In this document: positions 59,134-64,000 of the stretch, in pieces
Layout of the letters: each line of letters opens with the position of its first letter
How positions within the stretch are numbered: position 1 is the first letter of the stretch
Assembly: GCA_046757665.1 (NCBI GenBank)
Contig: JBHHYO010000002.1
Span: 32,001 to 96,000 of the forward strand
Reading direction: 5' to 3'
From: Nitrospinales bacterium
GTDB taxonomy: Bacteria; Nitrospinota; Nitrospinia; Nitrospinales; JAJDAT01
DNA: 64,000 nucleotides
Translations under genes and position numbers: made by a program
Notes under the pieces: model-generated
Told to the model about the DNA's origin: nothing
Database searches by the model: none
Seen by the model: only the letters and a program-made list of their open reading frames with translations

Positions 59134-60390
59134 TTAATCGTCTTCCATCAGTTGATCGAGCGTCAATTCCCTTGCTTCCTGGACCAGGCGCATCAATTCC
59201 TCCGGCGTCAAATCGTCCAGGTAGCGGCCCCCCGGCCACTCTTCAAACAAAGGTTTCAACGTGTCTTTAATGTCATCCAGCAACGCCCCGTTTTCCGCCT
59301 CGTCATAAAGGGAAAGAATGTCGGCAATGAAATCGTTTCCCTGCCGGCGGGAATCAATGTCATACAATCCCCGCGTATCGAGCCCCAAGTCCACCCAGAC
59401 GCCGGGAGACCGGGCTGAAAATTGATCGTGGATATCCTCCTGCAATTCATCCAGGGCTCCCCCCCTGTGCAATTCGGCATGAAGCATCGAGCGGCCGGTA
59501 AGTTTGAAGCGAATCAGCACGTCCCGGCCGTCCATGTCCGAGGAGATTTCTTTGCTTTTGGATCGGATGCTACGCAAAACGTCGTCCAGGCTTGAGCAAT
59601 GGGTGATATCCATGTCCTGCGAAACGTAGCGGATGACATCGGTCGCCACGAAGCGAACCTGGGGAGGAGCCTGTTCGCGCAGGGTGACCAGGCAACAGCC
59701 TTTCCGGCCCTGTTCCTTGAAACTTCGCGCCTGGGAGTTGCCGGAATACACCACGGCGGGATCGTGTTCCCTTAATATCTGATGTGCATGAACATGCCCA
59801 AGCGCCCAGTAGTCCATGCCTTTTCCCAAAAGTTGTTTCAATTGGCACGGCGCGTAATTCTCATGGCTGGAGTTGCCGCCCACATTGGTATGCAAAACGC
59901 CGACGGCAAATCCCGACGCATGTTTTTTGTCGAACCGCAAGGCCAGGTTCTCCGTAACCTGGCGCTCGGGAAAACCGATTCCATAAACATGCGCGGTAGG
60001 TTTGCCCTCGCGGGCCACCTCGCAACGCTCCACCCGGTCGCCGGGGAAGATGGTTACATTTTCCGGATACTGGAGAGAGGCGGAGCGACTGTTCAAGGGA
60101 TCGTGGTTGCCGTGAGCCACAAAGGCCGGGATGCCGGCCTCGGCAAGCTTTGTCAGGGCGTTGCGGAATTTCAACTGCGCTTGCAGACTTTTGTCCTCCG
60201 CGTCATACACGTCTCCGGCGACGATCACCGCATCGACCTGTTCCCGCAAGGCCAGGTCGATGATGTTCTGAAACGCCTGGAAAGTCGCGTGGCGCAGTTT
60301 TTCCTTCAACTCGGGGCGCACCTTCGCCAATCCCGAAAACGGCGTGTCCAGATGCAGGTCGGAACAATGTATGAAACGAAACTCAGACAT
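59134..60390 (-). CDS. YhaO-like Mre11/SbcD metallophosphoesterase nuclease
   Basis: HCSDLHLD, AGDVYD, HGNHD, DYWALGHVH, YSGN.QAR. Confidence 0.9.
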   Translation of the reverse strand: MSEFRFIHCSDLHLDTPFSGLAKVRPELKEKLRHATFQAFQNIIDLALREQVDAVIVAGDVYDAEDKSLQAQLKFRNALTKLAEAGIPAFVAHGNHDPLNSRSASLQYPENVTIFPGDRVERCEVAREGKPTAHVYGIGFPERQVTENLALRFDKKHASGFAVGVLHTNVGGNSSHENYAPCQLKQLLGKGMDYWALGHVHAHQILREHDPAVVYSGNSQARSFKEQGRKGCCLVTLREQAPPQVRFVATDVIRYVSQDMDITHCSSLDDVLRSIRSKSKEISSDMDGRDVLIRFKLTGRSMLHAELHRGGALDELQEDIHDQFSARSPGVWVDLGLDTRGLYDIDSRRQGNDFIADILSLYDEAENGALLDDIKDTLKPLFEEWPGGRYLDDLTPEELMRLVQEARELTLDQLMEDD

Positions 60391-60438
60391 CAGTTAAAAA
60401 TCATCCTATCCCAAAAAATTTTCACGCGGCCCGGACTA

Positions 60439-61599
60439 TCAGGATTTTACAGCTTGAGCCAGGCCCCCGGCATCCATACGCGGCAGTTTATCCAACTGCT
60501 CCAGGATTTTCGATCCGTGTTTCGACCACTCAAAGCGTCTTTTCGACATGTACACTAAATAGTCCGACGGCAATAATTCCTGTTGGTTGGCAGGGTTCAG
60601 CGCCAGTTCCTTTTCGCCTGCCCGGCTGATCCCCAAAATTTCCACAGGCAGGTTCAGGAAAATCAGGGACAGTTTCAGGGCGCCAAACGTCAGTTTTTTG
60701 TTTTCGGGATTCCATTGTCCCACGGAGGTCCTGCTGATATAAAGCTGACTGCCACCCACATTGGACGAAAGCTGATCGTACACTTTAAAAACTCCCTGGC
60801 TCGTCAGCTCCTGCACCAGAAGCCCCATCTGCAAATCCGTCACGCTGACTCCCCCGTCAATGCTGAACAGGCGAAGGTTTTTCAGAGTTTCCGGGCGGCC
60901 GCAGTCGATGATCGTTATGATCCTGGGCCAGTGTTTTTCGATCAGGCTGGCGGTCAGGGTATTGGTGTCGTCCATCGCCGGATGGGATGCGGCGGAAAGC
61001 AACAGGCAAGCCTTGGCCCGGGACATGTTGATCCTCTCCAGCGTATCGAGGGCGGAAGGCATTCCCATGACAAACCCGTCAATCCGCTCCGAAATCGCCG
61101 AGGGAATTTCCCTGTCCTGGCCGGGAAGGCTTTCCGTTAAAAGAACCCGGGGCGTTTCCCTGTACTCCGGACTTGAATCCAGCTCATTCAACAATTCCTT
61201 GATTTCCGTATAGGAGGGAACATTGACAATGACCAGGTGCCCTTCGCCGGAATAGTTTCCTTCTCCTTTCATTTTCTTTAGCCTCCTCTGCATGGCTTTT
61301 TCAACGATGATTCCGGTAAATACCGCGAAACAACCGATCCCGAACATGGAGGTGACAATGGTGACCAGCCTGCCTTCCCATGTTTTGGCGAAAATATCGC
61401 CGTAGCCGATGGTGGTCAGCGTCACATAAGCGGCCCACAGCCCGTCGGTGAAAGTGACGCCTTTCTCATACACCGCGAACACGGCGGCAAACACCGCCAC
61501 CATTCCCAGCAAAACGAAGGCCAGGACAAGGGGGAACCGCGCTCCCGGCCGCAGGAGTTTTTTTACCAGCCGTTTAAATATCCGGGATTTTCCGATCAT
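60439..61599 (-). CDS. potassium channel (2TM pore + RCK-like domain)
   Basis: TTIGYGD selectivity filter. Confidence 0.85.
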   Translation of the reverse strand: MIGKSRIFKRLVKKLLRPGARFPLVLAFVLLGMVAVFAAVFAVYEKGVTFTDGLWAAYVTLTTIGYGDIFAKTWEGRLVTIVTSMFGIGCFAVFTGIIVEKAMQRRLKKMKGEGNYSGEGHLVIVNVPSYTEIKELLNELDSSPEYRETPRVLLTESLPGQDREIPSAISERIDGFVMGMPSALDTLERINMSRAKACLLLSAASHPAMDDTNTLTASLIEKHWPRIITIIDCGRPETLKNLRLFSIDGGVSVTDLQMGLLVQELTSQGVFKVYDQLSSNVGGSQLYISRTSVGQWNPENKKLTFGALKLSLIFLNLPVEILGISRAGEKELALNPANQQELLPSDYLVYMSKRRFEWSKHGSKILEQLDKLPRMDAGGLAQAVKS

Positions 61600-61725
61600 T
61601 GGGCGCTTTCAAAAAATAACTGTCAAATCAGGCTATTATAGCGGTATCCCGCGCCAAATGAAATTGACGGCGAAGATTTTTCCTTCTCCGAAGGACGAAT
61701 TCGCCATCCGGCCAAGTCAACGGTA

Positions 61726-61754
61726 TTGACAGTGTTATCTTTCTCTTATAGGGT
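61726..61754 (+). promoter_or_regulatory. sigma70-type promoter TTGACA-N17-TAGGGT
   Basis: Direct motif match upstream of the lipoprotein gene; overlaps GTCAA-N5-TTGAC inverted repeat. Confidence 0.45.
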
Positions 61755-61821
61755 GTAAACGGCTTCACGGGTGGTTCACCATACCTTCTTATCCATTTCG
61801 TCGAACGACGTTTATCGAACG

Positions 61822-62544
61822 ATGCAACCCGGTATTTTAACCTTGAAACGTTTCATTTACGTCCCGGTTTTTTTTCTTCTTTCCGCAAGCCTGTTGCTGA
61901 CCGGGTGCGGCGGGAAAGAAACCGGCCCCGTCGAACGATTGGCGCAACAGCTTCAAAAGGAGCCGGAGTATGCCATCATTCTCAACGATATGAAGGAGGA
62001 GGGGAATTTTTTCCCCACGTATTACCACCAGTACCGCGTAGATATTGGAGAAGAGTCCAAGACCTATCCGTTTGTGGAAGTCAGCGAATCCTATTACAAG
62101 AAAAATCAACCGTACCTGGGAATGGTGCTGGCATCCAAAACGGCCGACGGCAAAGTCTCGCATACCCCGTTTCCCAACGGCTATCAATACGTGGGAAACC
62201 CTCAATACGGACAATGGAGAACGGATTCCAGCGGCGGCAGTTTTTGGGAGTTTTATGGGAAATACATGCTGATTTCCCAATTGATGCACTGGGCCGGGGG
62301 CGGCCTGGGGCGAAATCATTACAATACCTATGCCTCCTACCAGGCAAACGGCCGGCCCTTTATGGGGCCCCGCGGGGAATACGGCACCAACGGCACCATC
62401 ACCCGCAAGCAAAAACCGAATTTCTACGCCCGCAGACAAATGCGAAAGGCCCGGTCGACGGGCCGGTTTCAAGACAAAATCAACAGAAGAATCGGCCGCA
62501 GTAAAAATACCTTCAGAAGCCGCGGTTTCGGGTTCGGGAAATAA
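61822..62544 (+). CDS. lipoprotein with Gly/Arg-rich tail
   Basis: LLLTGC lipobox, YVGNPQYGQW, SFWEFYGKY, RSRGFGFGK end; start 61771, 61822 or 61843. Confidence 0.72.
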   Translation: MQPGILTLKRFIYVPVFFLLSASLLLTGCGGKETGPVERLAQQLQKEPEYAIILNDMKEEGNFFPTYYHQYRVDIGEESKTYPFVEVSESYYKKNQPYLGMVLASKTADGKVSHTPFPNGYQYVGNPQYGQWRTDSSGGSFWEFYGKYMLISQLMHWAGGGLGRNHYNTYASYQANGRPFMGPRGEYGTNGTITRKQKPNFYARRQMRKARSTGRFQDKINRRIGRSKNTFRSRGFGFGK

Positions 62545-62546
62545 CC

Positions 62547-63392
62547 ATGTGGCTTGATCAATTCCTCACTTCCATAATCTACCTGGCATCCTGTTTCGCC
62601 ATTTTTGTCCTGGGACACTTCGGTTTCCTCCTGTTTCGATCGGGCTACAACATCAAGAATGAACTGGTGGAAAAGGACAACGCCGCCCTGGCCTTGACCT
62701 TATGCGGATATTATCTGGCGCTGATTTTTTCCGTCGGCGGGGTGATCGACGGCCCATCCGCCGGCTTGTCCGAAGACATGGCGGACATCGTGGTTTACGG
62801 CCTGCTCGCCATCGTCTTGCTGAATATTTCGGCAGTCATCAATGATCGGTTGATTCTCTCGAAGTTCAATATCCGCAAGGAAATTCTCGAGGATCAAAAT
62901 TGCGGCACCGGCGTCGTGGAGATGGCGGTTTTCATTGCGACGGGATTGAATATTTATGGCGCGGTCTTCGGCCAGGGAGGAGACATTTATACCGCCATCG
63001 CCTTTTGGGCCGTCGGCCAGGCCATCCTGGTTCTGGTCGGCAAATATTACAACCTGATTACCCGTTACGATATTCACACCCATATTGAGCGGGACAACGT
63101 AGCGGTCGGAGTCGGCTTTGCAGGCGCCATGATCGCCATGGGCAATCTGTTGCGGGCCGCTTCCGCCGAGGACTTTGTTTCGTGGGGGACAAACCTGTGG
63201 GGATTTTTTTCCTTTGTGGTCGTCGGAGCGATTCTGTTGCCCGCCGCCCGTACCTTTACCGACCGGATTCTACTGCCCGGAAGAAAACTGGCGGACGAAT
63301 TGACCAACCAGGAAAAACCCAACATGGGCGCGGCATATCTGGAAGCCTGTTCCTATATCGGGTCATCCCTCTTGATCACCTGGTGTTTCTAA
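62547..63392 (+). CDS. DUF350-family membrane protein (duplicated domain)
   Basis: Repeated KDNAALAL, DQNCGTG, RDNVAVG, KPNMGAA motifs between TM helices. Confidence 0.75.
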   Translation: MWLDQFLTSIIYLASCFAIFVLGHFGFLLFRSGYNIKNELVEKDNAALALTLCGYYLALIFSVGGVIDGPSAGLSEDMADIVVYGLLAIVLLNISAVINDRLILSKFNIRKEILEDQNCGTGVVEMAVFIATGLNIYGAVFGQGGDIYTAIAFWAVGQAILVLVGKYYNLITRYDIHTHIERDNVAVGVGFAGAMIAMGNLLRAASAEDFVSWGTNLWGFFSFVVVGAILLPAARTFTDRILLPGRKLADELTNQEKPNMGAAYLEACSYIGSSLLITWCF

Positions 63393-63501
63393 ACGACGGG
63401 GAATCATTCGGAGCCGGTTCCCGGATTTTTCATTACCCCATACCCGTTGAAGACCGTAGCGGGTCGGCCCTTGCTCCACCCCTTGGCGGGTGAACCGTGC
63501 C

Positions 63502-64000
63502 ATGGAGAACGCCTCATCTCCGCCCGATACTCGCGGGCTGAATTTCACGCTTAAGTCCTGCATATTCGCCACCGGTTGCGCCGCCATTGTTGCCGAATAC
63601 ACCCTGGCCACCCTGGCCAGCTATTTGCTCGGCAATTCCATTTTCCAATGGACGGTGGTGATTTCCCTGATGCTGTTCAGCATGGGGCTGGGAAGCCGGT
63701 TCAGCAGGGAAATCCGGGAACACTTGCTCGACCGCTACGTGCTCATCGAATTTGCCCTTTCGTTTTTTTGTTCCGTATCGGCCATTTTCTGCTATGGCAT
63801 TTCCGCGTTCACTCCGCACACCAGCCTGGTCATTTACGGAGCCGCCTGCCTGATCGGATTTTTCATCGGCCTGGAACTGCCGCTCATCACCCGCATCAAC
63901 AACGCCTACGAATCGTTGCGGATCAACATTTCCTCCGTCATGGAATACGATTATTATGGCGCGCTGGTCGGCGGCGGCCTGTTCGCGTTTTTTCTCCTGC
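63502..64000 (+). CDS. speE: membrane-bound spermidine synthase / polyamine aminopropyltransferase, 3' truncated by window edge
   Basis: Not in ORF track; translates FATGCAAIVAEY..ASYLLGNS..QW...MGLGS...GLELPL...DYYGALVGG, the TM N-terminus of this family. Confidence 0.75.
   Translation, partial: MENASSPPDTRGLNFTLKSCIFATGCAAIVAEYTLATLASYLLGNSIFQWTVVISLMLFSMGLGSRFSREIREHLLDRYVLIEFALSFFCSVSAIFCYGISAFTPHTSLVIYGAACLIGFFIGLELPLITRINNAYESLRINISSVMEYDYYGALVGGGLFAFFLL

Overview
Bacterial chromosomal window; gene content and style suggest a Nitrospinota/deltaproteobacteria-like diderm, which is inference only. From left to right: (1) 1-11950, an acyl-CoA/aromatic amino-acid catabolic block: prpB, a methylcitrate/citrate synthase, an IcmF-type B12 acyl-CoA mutase split into two genes, a heme-oxygenase-like diiron enzyme, hppD, an FAH-family hydrolase, hmgA, a flavin-reductase-like protein, a 48-bp thiolase scar and acetoacetyl-CoA synthetase. 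(2) 12118-19660, a tightly coupled ceramide/sphingolipid operon (spt, bCerS, cerR-like, CDP-alcohol phosphotransferase, MMPL transporter) with a convergent fatty-acid hydroxylase. (3) A candidate sRNA carrying anti-Shine-Dalgarno motifs, an orphan aldolase/SDR, a repeat-rich spacer, an SGNH-TPR gene broken at an A8 tract and a GT-C glycosyltransferase. (4) purSQLF. (5) A type II secretion operon whose secretin carries an SH3-like domain. (6) cysK, thrC-like, MoaD-like, MoeB-like, cysM-like and ferredoxin genes (sulfur-carrier cluster). (7) TetR, MMPL, LolA-like, peroxiredoxin-like and outer-membrane protein genes. (8) yhaO/yhaN-like Mre11/Rad50 pair. (9) K+ channel, lipoprotein, DUF350 and a partial membrane spermidine synthase. 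Five copies of a ~170-bp palindromic MITE-like element lie in intergenic regions. No rRNA, tRNA, CRISPR array or transposase was recognised. All calls come from motif recognition by eye; no searches were run.
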